From Paramoeba atlantica (taxonomy: Eukaryota > Protista > Discosea): a DNA stretch of 64,000 nt. The notes beneath the pieces are model-generated. The model saw nothing but the letters and a program-made list of their open reading frames with translations, was not told the origin of the DNA and did no database searches. Shown here piece by piece: positions 12,206 through 24,143 of this stretch (position 1 is its first letter; the number at the start of each line of letters is the position of its first letter). The translations under genes were made by a program, and so were the position numbers. Location: the NCBI GenBank assembly GCA_977017575.1, contig CDRNVI010000156.1, positions 186,001 through 250,000 of the forward strand. Direction: 5' to 3'.

Positions 12206-15200
12206 TTATTTAAGAATGAAAGTCACAGTTCCCCCTTTTTTTTTGATTCCCCCACTGGTAAAGGTCACTTCTGTTGTATCCTCACTCCTCGATTCCATTT
12301 CTTGATCGTCGTCTGGAGTGTTATCATTCGAACTTTTTGGCTTTCTTCTGCTTGAAAAACCTCAAAAAAAAAAGGTTTTGAAAAAAAAAAAAGTGAGAAA
12401 AAAATTAACTCATTTTTTGCTTTCTTCAAATTTGCTTGCAAGTTTCTTATTTTCTGACTTTGTTTGTCCGAAAAATTCTTCCTGTTTTCATGCATGAATT
12501 AAAAATAAAAAATGTTCAAAAAAAACAAATAAAACCAGTCCTCAGTTTGATCACCTTCCTTCTCCACCCTTTCTTGGAGTTTGTCTATTCGTTTCAGAAG
12601 AACCTCATTAATCTTTTTCTCCTCCTTTTTCTCCTCCTTTTTCTCCTCCTTTTTCTCTTCCTTCTTCACCCTTTTCACCCTTTTCACGCGACATTCTGTT
12701 GGCTGTTTTCTTTTCCGCTGGAGAGACTTAACAAGCTCGAAATAACGGTCATGATAAAGAGGAGAAAAGGATATCCGATTCCCGATCTCAGATAACTGAA
12801 ACACCAAAAAGTTTGCCTCGCACCCTGAAAAGAAAGAAAATAAATAATTAAAATCAAAAATTTTATCAACATTAAAAAGATGTTACGTTTGGATGTGAGT
12901 TTTTTTTGCACATAAATCCGCACATGAAGATCTGCAGATGAAATGATACCAGCACAAAAAAAGATATCTGGTTTCTCAGTTTTTTGACAGGTTTTTTTTT
13001 TAAATTCACAACCAGATGCTATTAAAACCTATTGGGATTTTATGGTAGTTTAATTTTAATTCAGGTGCCAAAAAAAAAAAGAAAACCTGCTGAGAAGAAT
13101 TTTCAACAAGAATATGGGATGGTTTGTGCTCAGCATTTCCATAACCATGGGCTTCAAGGTTAGCCTCTTCATCAAGATGGAAAAAGAGAGAATACAATCT
13201 TCCATGGTAAGTCTGTTTCAATTTTAACTGGTTTGTTTCATAATACAATGTCATTTGTTCCAATGTTTCATAATCTTGATCTTCCACCAACCTTCTTTTC
13301 TTTCTTTCATTTTCTTCCTTCAGTTCTCTCTGCCTCAATTTTCTTTTTTTTCTTTTCTCTTTTTCTTCTTTTTCTTCTTTTTTCCCCTTTTTTTCTTTTT
13401 CTTCCTCTTTTTCTTCTTTTTCTTCTTTTTCTTTGTTTTCTGGTTCTTTTTCTTTTTCTTCTTTTTCTTTTTCTTCCTCTTTTTCTTCCTCTTTTTCTTC
13501 TTTCCTCCCCTCTTTTTCTTTTTCCTCTTTTTCTTCTTCTTTTTTCTCTTTTTCTCTTGCCTCATTTTCTTTCTCCTCTTTTTTTTCTTCTTCTTTTTCT
13601 TCTTTTTCTTCGTTTTCTGGTTCTTTTTCTTTTTCTTCTTTTTCTTTTTCTTCCTCTTTTTCTTCTTTCCCCCCCTCTTTTTCTTTTTCCTCTTTTTCTT
13701 CTTCTTTTTTCTCTTTTTCTCTTGCCTCATTTTCTTTCTCCTCTTTTTTTCTTTCTTCTTGCTCTTCTCCTTCTCTTTGTCCTTTCTCCCCCCCTTTTTC
13801 TTCCTCTTTTTCTTCTTTTTCTTCGTTTTCTGGTTTTTTTTCTTTTTCTTGCTCTTTTTCTTGCTCTTTTTCTTCTTTCCCCCCCTCTTTTTCTTTTTCT
13901 TTTTCCTCTTTTTCTTCTTCTCTTTCTCCTTCTTCCCCCCCCCATTTTTCTTCCTTTTCCTCTTTTCCTTCTTTTCCTTCCTCTTCTTCCTCTTCTTTTT
14001 TCCCTTCTTCTCTTTCTTCTTCTTCTTCTTCTTCTTCTTGCTCTTTTTTTTCCTTTCTCTCTTCTTCCTTTTCCTCTTTTCCTTCTTTTCCTTTCTCTTC
14101 ATTCTTCTCTTTTTTTCCTTCTCTTTCTTCCTCAGATGACAATACAACACTTGGAGAAAAAGATTTATCAGAGCCTGATTGAAAAAAGTTTAAAAAGGTG
14201 TTTCCTTGCTGAAAAAAAAAACAAAACCTTGTTGTTGCTTGCTTCTTTCTTCAGAAAGGATGCGCCATATTTCTTGACGCCCAGAGGCCACATCTCTAAG
14301 CAGAAGAAAAAACTGAAAAGACAGAAAATTTAAAATCACCACAAAAAAAAGGAAAATGAAACTGTTTAGTGAATAAAATGTTTGAATCCTGTTCTTCAAC
14401 AAAAAACTTCTTTTTACAAAAACTTTCTGCTGATTTGAGCATGTAAATCCCACAATCAAACAAATTTGGCTGTTTTTTCTTTTAGAAAAAATCCATCCAC
14501 CCTCTCAAAAACACTTCTTTACCTGCTGTGGGGTATCCTTCTCTAAAACAGAACATATGATTGGCCCTTTTCGTTTTTCCTCTTGATAAGAGGCAAGATA
14601 ATCCAAAAACTTAATCCATTCCACAAGATTTGTTACCCAAGATGAATTGGACGACAGCATCATCCCAGCAATAGAATCATAGACCTGGATTGAAAAAGTC
14701 CTGCTTGGTGGTTTTGGAACCTCCACAATCACCAAGGCCCAGTGCTGCTTAAAATGAAGTGGAACAATTATGTAATTGGATTCCAAAGCTGCTTTGGCAA
14801 AACTTTTTCCAATTTTAGCTGTCTTGGGATCGAATTTGTGGGGGTTTGTGTGGGTTTTTAAGAAAAAAAAGGAAGGAGGAGTTTCAATTGAACTTTCACG
14901 GCTCCATTTTGGAATCTAATGGTCTTTCATTTAAGAAAAAATCCTTCATTCAACAAGATTCAAATGAAAAGAATAGACCAGAATATACTTCAAGTAGTCG
15001 AGCATGTAATTAATCATTGATCCGAATAAAGGAGCTTCAGGAAGCAAGCATTTGATATCAGAGACACTGAGATCAGTTGATTTCTCTGCAAGTGGTCGAA
15101 GAAAAACTGCAAGATCTAAAACAAAAAACAAAATAAAAAAATCATCTTTTACAAAAGAACAAAAATAATAACCATTGTTGGATTGGCAGATAGCGCGTAT

Positions 15201-15499
15201 TTGTGTTGAATATGCTGTATCTTCCTTCAAGAGAAAGTTAGTCCAAGACAAACAAAAAAAACAGAGTTTAACTTACATTTGGGGGTTGTAATTTTTCCTG
15301 AGGAGAATCGGGTGATGGTGGAGAGTCATCACTGCTCCTCCATGGGGGCACTATTTTGATAATTTCCAATTCACCCTCACCCTCTTCTGAACTGGAAAAA
15401 AAATTGAGAAAAAGGTAAAAATCAAACAAAAAAAGAAGATTGGAAGAACCTAATTTCTGAGTCAAACTCAGAGGTACTCTCTTCCATCTCGAGATCCAT
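12206..15499 (-). CDS. Ulp1/SENP-type (C48) cysteine peptidase with long Glu/Lys-rich tract, multi-exon
   Basis: YIIVPLHFKQHWALVIV (His), QVYDSI (Asp), spliced PQQ|PNLFDCGIYML (Gln/Cys); then E/K low-complexity region 13340-14130 and a C-terminal region ending TFILK*. Start MDLEMEE at 15499. Confidence 0.75.
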
Positions 15500-15658
15500 G
15501 AGAAAAAGGAAAAAAGAAAGGCAAAAGATAATACAAAAATAAAACCAAAAGGTGAACAAAAAAAAAATGACCCGCCCCTGCGATGCGGTTATATCCAATC
15601 GGATTCTTATAATAAATCTTATAGGATTTATTTAAGATTTTTCTTGCTAAAAATCTTC

Positions 15659-16349
15659 TTTGGTTCGGAAAAAAAAAGACTTTCTCTTTCTTTCTTCTTC
15701 TTTGCTTCTGGAAAATTGATAAAAGGGGGGAAGAGGGTCCCAAACAACCTCCATCAAAGAGATGGAACATGAGAAGATAATTGTAAGAGGGGGAGGAAAG
15801 TCATTATCAGCCAAATATACGGAACCACACCTGAAAACAGTTGATGGTATTTATATCAAAGAAGATTCTCTTCAGGAGAACAGACATTGGTTTTCTCGTA
15901 TTCACCCTGATGGGGAAAGATGGGAAGGCCGAATCTTCTTTGAAAGTGGTTCTTTTCTTTTATGATTTCATTTTCTCTCTCGTGATTCTTGTTGGATTGA
16001 TCGGAATCATAGGAGGTTGGAAGATCAATTTCTATAATCAATTTGATGGCTGGACTTTCAGCCAAAAAGAAGATCATCCACAAAATAAATACCCTCCTCT
16101 TGGCAAATGGGAACAATCTCGCTCAGCGGGAGGTGATCACCCAGCGAAGATTGATTACTCTGATATCTATCTTGACACAGAGGTTTGCATTTTGGTTTGT
16201 TTGCTTTGAGAGTGGTGTTTTTGGTTGTTTTGATGACTTCATTTGCAGGATTGTTTCGTGAAACCGGCGAAAAGAGAGAAATGAGGAAAAAGAATAAAGA
16301 AAGTAAAATTTTGATTCTGTGTGGATTGAATCTATTTGTCATCATCAAC
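15659..16349 (+). repeat. Direct duplication, right copy (~690 bp)
   Basis: Aligns with 7979-8670. Confidence 0.95.
15762..16284 (+). CDS. Small hypothetical protein, 3 exons, copy B
   Basis: Same exon structure and frame as 8086-8605. Confidence 0.7.
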
Positions 16350-16710
16350 ATTATCTACGTCCATGTGTTCCCCATCTGGGTGTCGCTTTTGAATGTTTTC
16401 TTGATCCTTTGCTGCGTTTGCCACTGCTCGGGCAGCGAGTGCTGATTTTTCCGCTTGGGCAGTTGCTTCTTGAGCAGAAACAGATGCTTCTCTGTAAGTG
16501 AATCCACATCAAAAAAGAAATCAAGAAAAGAATTTCGCCTCAAAAAAGATCAAAAGAAAAAGAACAAAAAGAGGACCTCGCGATCTTCGCAGCCTCCTTT
16601 GCTTGTTTTGCCGCTTCTCGAGCAGACTCAGCTGCTTTCTCAGCTTTCATAATTGCCTCTCTTGTCTCGACGGAGGCGCCATCCAAATTAACACAAGGTG
16701 GTAAGCTCAT
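16332..16710 (-). CDS. Small Ala/Glu/Lys-rich helical protein, 2 exons
   Basis: MSLPPCVNLDG...AKEAAKIAR|EASVSAQEA...DNVDDDK*; GT-AG intron keeps the frame. Confidence 0.6.
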
Positions 16711-16914
16711 GGTAGAAGAACAAACAGAAGAGAAGAAGAGAAACACAACAACAAAATCCAAAAACCCAAAAAAGGAACTCTCCCACGTCAGAAAAATTAA
16801 GTTGGTTCGATTACGATTTTTTTCCACTCTTGAAAGCACAATTTGAATAGTTTTTTTTCTGACGCGATTTTTTTTTTCGCCTTTTCTTTCTCTTTCCGTT
16901 TGTTTGGTTTGGCG

Positions 16915-19900
16915 ATGTCAACGGAAGCTGCTGTTTGGGAAGACGTTCTGTCTTGGCTTCTCAGGTTTTTTTTCTTTTTTCATTTTTATCTTCAAAAGTT
17001 TGAAAGAAAGGATTCTCATTCTCTTTCTTTTTCAAAAAAAAAAAAGGGAGAAAGATGGAGGGGGAGAAAAAGTTCCAGAAATTTGTGTGGGGTATCGGCC
17101 ATACCAGACAAGGATCAGAAAAATGGCCTTAGCTGCCAAACAAACTGTTTCTGAAAGAGAAGAAGAAAGAGGAGGAGCTCTTCTCCTTCCTGTCTCTTTA
17201 ATGGGGGTTTGTGTCTGTTTTTTGACCGACACCCCGGAAGGACAATCTCCTCAAGATTTTTTGGCTGCTGTTCAGATCCTCTCTCTTTCTCTTCCTTTTG
17301 TTTCTGAGAGGGTTTTGGATGTGAAAATGGAAGATCTTTGTTCTCTTTTGGAAAAGATTTTGTCTGATAATGTCGCTTCCCAACCAATGTGTTTTGCTCT
17401 TTTGAGGTCATTTCGTCCTCTTTTGTCAAAGCAAGTTTGAGTTCTTTTTCCCCCTCTTTCTTTTTTCTTTTTCCCCCTCTTTCTTTTTCTTTTCATTTTT
17501 AGAACCTCTTTTTTTTTTCAAAAATCATTTTTCAAAAACTCACATATCAAATTTTCATAGCCTCTTGTGAAATGGCAAACTTCATCCTCTCTCTTAAGCT
17601 CTCTGAAACTTCTTCTTGCTCTCACAAATACACTCCCCAAGTCAGCAAACCAAAAAGAGACATGTGAAACAATTGGAGCAATCCTCAGAGAAATTCGCCT
17701 CTCAATTGACCGAAGACAAAAAGAGAGAGAGAAAGTTGTCTCTCTTCCAAAGAGCGTCTGTGTTTGTTTAAAGAATTATTTGCAATTGGCTTTGGAGAAG
17801 TGTTTGAGTTCTCCGGAAGTTGATGAGGTTGAGAAAGTCTTAAACTTGATTCATGAGGTTTTTCTTTTCTCTCTTGACTCTCTCTCAATTCCCCTCTTTC
17901 TCTCTTTTCTTTGTTCTAAAATGATTTGAAAAAGGTTTTGGGATACCTTCCAGCGTCAACAATTTCGTCAATCTCGGAGCAATTGTTAAACATTCTCCTC
18001 AATACTGAGCATAAGTCTCCTTATTCTCGAAACCAGTCTGTTTTGTTGTCTGTTATTTCAATATTTCGAAAGATATTTCAAATGCACCAAGCTTTTGTAT
18101 TCTCTTTCAGAGGTATCTCTTTCTCCTTTTCGTCTTCTCTCACCTCTCTCTGATAATGATAACCCCAAATAGACGAAGAAAAAGAAGAGATTCCAGTTGC
18201 AATTGATCTCCCTTTGGGATTTCTCACTAAATTCGAAGAGGCTTTTCTCAGATTTCCTTTTCAATCCTCTCCTCCTCCTGTTGTCTCTCCTGCAGCCCTT
18301 CTCCTCTCCTCTGCTCATCACTCTCTATTTCTTCTCTCTCCTGAAGCTGCACACTCCACTCTCTCGAAAGTGTTCTCTTCACTCTTTCAACTTTTTGGTT
18401 TGGACCAATTTCGATATTCATGTGATGGTGTTGGAGAAGCATTGATTGAAATTGTTCTTAATACCATTGATGATCGGACTGTTTTTGAGTGTGCAAGTTC
18501 AATTGGCCCTGTCCCTCTTCGCTCTGTTCTTGAAGTATTGATCTTTCTTTATTTTCATTTTATTTTAATTTTGATTTCGTATTTATTTTTCTTCAATTAG
18601 ACAATGGAAATGGGATTCTCTTTTCCTTACAGACCCTCTTTCCCAACAATCTTAAACTTGTACTCCCACCTTTTCTTGGTTTGTGGCAAAGAGTCCAAGT
18701 CTCTTCTTTCTGGAGTTCTCAATCGGCTCTGCGAACAACAAGAATCTCAATTCAAAGAAGAAAAAGGGAATTTTCTCGCTTCTTCTGTAGCTTCAACGCT
18801 CTTATCAACTCCTTATGCAAAGAACTTACACTCTGTCATTGGTGCTGCTGTTCGTGGAATGGGCTTGTCTCTCTTTTTAGAGGTAATTTTGTCTTCTTTT
18901 GGTTGAAAAAGAATTTGTTTTATCTTTGGCAAAGATTTTTTCTGATTTTAAGCAAAAATGTTTAGGTACTTCCTTTGGATCTTCCTTCAACAAATGACCC
19001 AAGACCCTTTGAGCAGTTTCTTGGAAAAAGGACATGGCTTCTCCCAATCATCAAAGAAAATATTATGCCGGGAAGTGGGCTTTCAGTTTTTGTTCAGAAA
19101 ATCCTTCCAATGATTGATGCATTGAAGAAAAAAGAAAAAGATTTGTCTCTTCTGGTGGAAGGAGGGTTGATTGAAATGGCTGAAGAAGATGAAGTTGTGT
19201 TGACTTGGAAGAGGTGTAAGAATGTCGGTGAGAAGTTATGGGGACTTTTTCCTTGTTTTTGTATTTGTCCTATTGATGTTGACGAACAATTTAAAAAGCT
19301 TGCGAAGAGATTGGGAATGGGTTTGAAAGAGGTTTATTCATTTTTTAAAATTTCTGAGAAAGAAGATAAATTATTGATTTCTATTATCTCCTTTTAGGAA
19401 AATGAGATTCGACCCACCATTTGCTTGGGCCTCTCTTCTCTCATTGATCATTTCCATTACGTCACATCTTCACAAGAACCTCGCGAATTCCCTGACCCTT
19501 GGTTCTACGTACCAAACAAACATCACCAACGACAGACCTTCACAAAATTGAGAAGCGGAGGATCGTTAGAGGAGTGGGCTTCTCATTCGAGATATCGGTG
19601 TCTTGTTGTATCAATAGAAGATGCAGAGAAAGGAGAGAAAAGTGTTAAAAGATTCCAACAGAATTTTTTGCCTGTTATCTTTAATGCTATTACTTCTGCT
19701 TCTCCTGAACAGGCAGCTCACCTCCATTCTGTTCTCTCTTCTTTTCTCTCCATTGTCACCAGAAAGGAGGCAGTTCAGTATTATGGAAGTGTGATTGCAA
19801 AGATCAAAGCCTCAGAGAAAGAGAAAGAGGAAGAGATGGAAGAAGGAGAGAAAGGAAAGGAGAAAGGAAGTCACAACAAAGTTCAAGTGGTATTACTCAA

Positions 19901-22070
19901 TTTGGTGATAGATTTTATTCCTCATGTCCATGAGGAAAATGGGTTGATTGGCGAGTTGGTCAAATTGATTCGCCCTTTTACTCTTCAAACATCTGAGTTG
20001 GGGTTACAAAAGAAAGCTTATAAGGTTCTCTATTTGACTTTTTCTTCTCTTTATTCTCTCATTTAATTATATTTTGTTGAAGGTCCTGTTGGCAATTTGT
20101 TCCCACGCCAGTTCCTATGTTCAAGAAAATGCGACCTCTCAACTGCAAGCAATTATCACAGATCAATTGGCAACTTGCTCAGCTGCTTCAAAATCGGTTC
20201 GGTTGCGGTGTCTCGAAGCAATCCTCCTCACCCTCGTCAAAAAAGCCAAAACGGAACCTCCTCGACAACAAAAACAAGGAAAGTTTCAACAACAATCTCA
20301 AATGGCAGTGATCACGCCCACACTAAGACATTTCATCACTGAGACAATATCAGAGCTCTTGATGTGTACAAAAGAACATAGCGCGAAATGTAGAGGGATT
20401 GCTGGTGAAGTCTTGGTCACGTATTGCGTTTGTTTTCCTGTTCCTGTTGGACATGGTTTGTCGATGTTTGGAGGGAAAAGCAAAGAAGAAGGAAAGAAGG
20501 GTAAGGGATTCAGTTTAAAGATCCCCGAAGAGGTTTCTTTCTTCTTTTTCTTTTTGTCAAATTTTCTCCCTTTTAATTGACTTATGTCTCTTTAATTTTA
20601 GAACTTTCTCTATCCCCTTCAAAGTAGTGAATTCAGCGCTTCAGTTGACGCATTCTTTAAGGTTTCTCTTATTTTTCTGATTTTTGGTCTCACTATTTTC
20701 CCCCTTTTGTTCATTCATTTAATTGACTCTTCCCACAGTTGGTGATCGGAGGTTTAGCTGGAAAAACCTACTTTATGATCTCTGCAACGCTTACTTCCCT
20801 CACTCTCCTTCTTCGCCATTTCCGTCGGATCGTCAACACAGAAATTATAACAACTTTAATATCATCCTGTGTGATTTTATTGTCTTTGGAGAGTAAAGAG
20901 ATACAAAAATCTGCGTTGTATTTGATTCGGATTTCGATTGGCAAACTAACAGGAGAGGAACTCGGTGGGTTACTGGGAGGACTTGTGGGCGGATTGTTCG
21001 GTGTTCAAGAGCTGAAGGAGAAAAAAGTTTCTGAGGATGATATTGGTAAAAATCTTTATTCCATTTAATCACTCTTTTATTTTTTTTATGGTTTTTTTCT
21101 TACTTCAAAATGATTAGATGATATTGATGGTGAAGAAGAAGATCACGCCCCCAAGCAAAAGAGGACCACAAAAAAAGAAAAACATCTCAACGCCAATGGA
21201 GTCATTCTTATTCGCTACATTTTAGAGAAATTGATTCGAAAATGTGGGCTTGAAAACGTTATTGCCGTGACACCAGAGACACACCTTCCTCTTGTGAATA
21301 ATGTAAGGAAGAGGATGATGAGAACTGAAAAGAAAATTAAGAAAGCGATTGAAGGGAGAAAAAGAGATGAAACGGGAGGTGAGGGTGAGAAAAGAGATTA
21401 TTTGGATTCGAATTCGTTTTTGATGCCTTCTGGGATCTCTCTTGATCAAGAAATGGAAGATTTGGGAAAAGAGGAGGGAGAGAGAGGAGGAAAGAAGAAG
21501 AAGGAGAGAGAAGGAGAAAGAAAAAAGAAAAGGAAGGGAGGAGAGTTCATGATTAAGGAAGGGGAAGAGTTGGATTTGTTGGATAGCGATATGACTGACT
21601 CGTTTTTGAAGTTGAAGAAGGGACCAGGAGGAGAGAAGAGAATGAGAGAGGAAGAGAAACTTGAGTTTAATGAAGAAGGGAAGTTGATTATTCCAATGGA
21701 AGAGGAAGAAGGTCGCAAAAGAAAGAGTGGTTTGTTTTTCTCTCTTTTTTTTTGATCATTCTCTAATTTCCTGTTTCCTTTGGAGAGACCTTTTTCTCAT
21801 CTTTTTTTCGAAACAGAAAGGAGACAAGAAAAAGTACAAACTCCCCAAACTCACCAACCTCCCTCAAAGAAAAGAAAAGGAGTCCCACAATCAGGATCAG
21901 AATATCGTTCAAAGAAAGCAAAAGGCGATGTGAAAGTGAAAGGGAAAATGGATCCTTATGCTTTTCTTGCTGTTGATGAGAGGATGTTGAATAAGAGGTT
22001 CAGGAAGAAGGAGGCGAAGAAATTTGAATCTTTGATGCAAAATAAGAAAGAGGGAAAGAGAAAGAAATAG
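16915..22070 (+). CDS. RRP12: RRP12-like ribosome biogenesis HEAT-repeat protein (NUC173)
   Basis: LLPIIKENI, LWGLFPCFC, FLPVIFN, LQKKAYKVL, ELLMCTKE, MVIGGLAG...MISAT, LIRKCG and C-terminal KAKGDVKVKGKMDPYAF...LNKR. Confidence 0.9.
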
Positions 22071-22100
22071 AGAATCTCTCTTCTGTTTACTTTTGAGTTA

Positions 22101-23838
22101 TTAGAGTTTTTGGTTGATTGAAAAGTCCCACTCAAAAAGTTTTTCTTCTTCAATGTGTTCGTCAATGATTATATCTTTCCTTCTCTTCATATATTCTTGA
22201 ATCCCTGCTCGGTTAATCGGTCCCCATCTCATAAAAACAAAATGTGGATCCTCCTGATGAATATTAACGACTCCAAAAAGCTTCTTTGGAAAGAATTTTC
22301 AATTTGAAAGAAATGAAAGAAAAGGAATAAAAAAATCTTTAGTACCAGCCCACTATTGCTATTGATTGAGGCATGATTGTCGGGTGCAACTAACCCTTCA
22401 TGATAAAAAATATCTTTTTGACTCAAAATGGAATCGAACAACAAAGCACTCACAAATTTTGTCCCTTTGCCTGAACCAAAATGATCACTCCTTTCATTTT
22501 CCCAAAAGCTCCTCTGATATGAAACAAACAACTTTAAAAAAAAACCTTGAATTTTGGGAAGAAGACACCCCTGTAATCCAAATTGTGTATTCTCCCTAGT
22601 CGAGCTTCTGCAACTGAAATACCACCCAACAATTTCTCCTATTTCCGTTTTTAAAAGAAATACACTCAAATCTAAAAAAATTGAATAAGACCTGTTTGAA
22701 TATCCTCAAGAATTCTACTCGATCTTTTCATTGAAGCGCCCAAAATTCCTAAGACAGGAGCTGGATAAGGGGAAATAAAACCTGCTTTCATTGCGCCTTG
22801 CAATTCATTATACAACTGAGGGATTTTGTGGGTATCACTACATCTGAGAGCTCTCAGACGATATTGGGGTTCTTCTGCTTTGAGAGAAGGAAGATGAGAG
22901 AGAACTGATTCTCCTTTCGACGAACTTGAACCCCAATCTTTCGCTTCTTTGAGTTCAATTTCTTCAATTTCTTCAGTTTCAAAAAGCATGTCTTTTCTTC
23001 CATTCAGATATTGTTGAAGTTTGACACGGTCAATTGGACCCCAACGAAAAAAAATGCGGTTTGGAGTCTCTCGGTGATATTTCATTTCTCCAAACTCCGT
23101 AATCTGGATTGAATTGATTCAATTGAGATATAATCAAGAAAAAGAAAGAATAAGGGTCTAATACTTTTTTGAGACCCCGAATTGCGATGTGATTGTTTGG
23201 AGCAACAAGACCCTCATAGAAAATAACATCTTTTTGTCGAAGGATGCCCTCATAAATCAGAGGACCAATTAATCCCTTTCCTTTTGAAGCACATTTCAAA
23301 ATTATTAAATTGAGAGAAATATTCAATAATATTCATTGAAACAATAATCAAAAATACTTCTTAGAGGACAAGCTCAAAATTAACAAATCATAAAAACACA
23401 TAATCCCATCTCACGGAACAAAATAACAAAAAAAACCTCTTGCTCTGGGAAGAGCACAAGATTGGATTCCACAAAGAGTCTTTTCTTGAGTCGAACTTCG
23501 AAAAGAGAAAAACCACCCATAAAACTCTCCTATTCACGAGTTCACTCTTCACTCTTCTTTTCCTTCCCTTTCTTCTCCATAATAATTTCCTTTCCTTTCT
23601 TCAAGAAAAAAGACCCCATCACCAATTATTCTTCTCTTCAAAAACAAAAACCTGTTTTAATATCTTCAACAACAAAACTAGAACGATTCATTGAAGTGGC
23701 CAAAGCACCCACAATACCACGAGGATACGCAGAAATATACCCAGCTTCAATGGTTTCCTTCAACTCATCATCATACAAAGAAAGGATTCTTTTCGTGTCG
23801 CTACAACGGAGACCTCTCACTCGAAATTGAGCTTCCAT
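22101..23838 (-). CDS. Tandem double-GNAT acetyltransferase, EctA-like (gene Y)
   Basis: Two repeats of FRxRxLRCSD...IVGWxFSxRSST.ENT..G.Q...LP..RGKG...YEGLVAP.NH..I...RWGPI; acetyl-CoA motif A RARGKGL. Confidence 0.7.
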
Positions 23839-24143
23839 ATTTTGGAAAAAAAGAGAGAGATTGAAAGAGAAAAAGAAAGGGGGAGAAAAGAAAGAAAAAA
23901 AGAAAGGAAGAGCGAAACCGAAAAAAAGTGAAACAACAAAACAGAAAAATTCCACGTCAGCAGAAAAAGAACGCAACAATTCCTTTGTCGCTTTGTGACG
24001 CATCTGCTGATTGTTCACTCCTTTTGGATCACTTTTCTCTTTTCATTTTCCAAATTTCTCATTTCTTCTTGAAAAGAAGTGTGTTTCACAATTCAAAAGA
24101 TGAATGGGGAGTTTCCATTTTAACCCCTTAATTTTTTTTATGC

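Larger units (their letters stand above)
8671..15658. mobile_element. Inserted ~7-kb cassette (SWIM/C2H2 gene, TET/JBP-like gene, tandem array, Ulp1 peptidase gene); no transposase recognised
   Basis: Lies between the two copies of the 690-bp duplication; gene content resembles cargo of eukaryotic DNA transposons; no TIRs found by eye. Confidence 0.5.

Noticed and set aside
13233-14333. Long + strand ORFs of poly-Phe/Leu/Ser and the alternative poly-Lys/Arg frame
   Set aside because: They are shadows of the purine-rich E/K-coding tract on the minus strand; stop codons are simply absent from such low-complexity DNA.
15568-15600. Helitron 3' hairpin
   Set aside because: No CTRR terminus follows on either strand, and no Rep/helicase is present in the cassette.
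7979-16349. Flanking direct repeats as LTRs of a retroelement
   Set aside because: No TG...CA ends, PBS/PPT, gag, RT or integrase; the repeat is a spliced host gene plus the tail of its neighbour.
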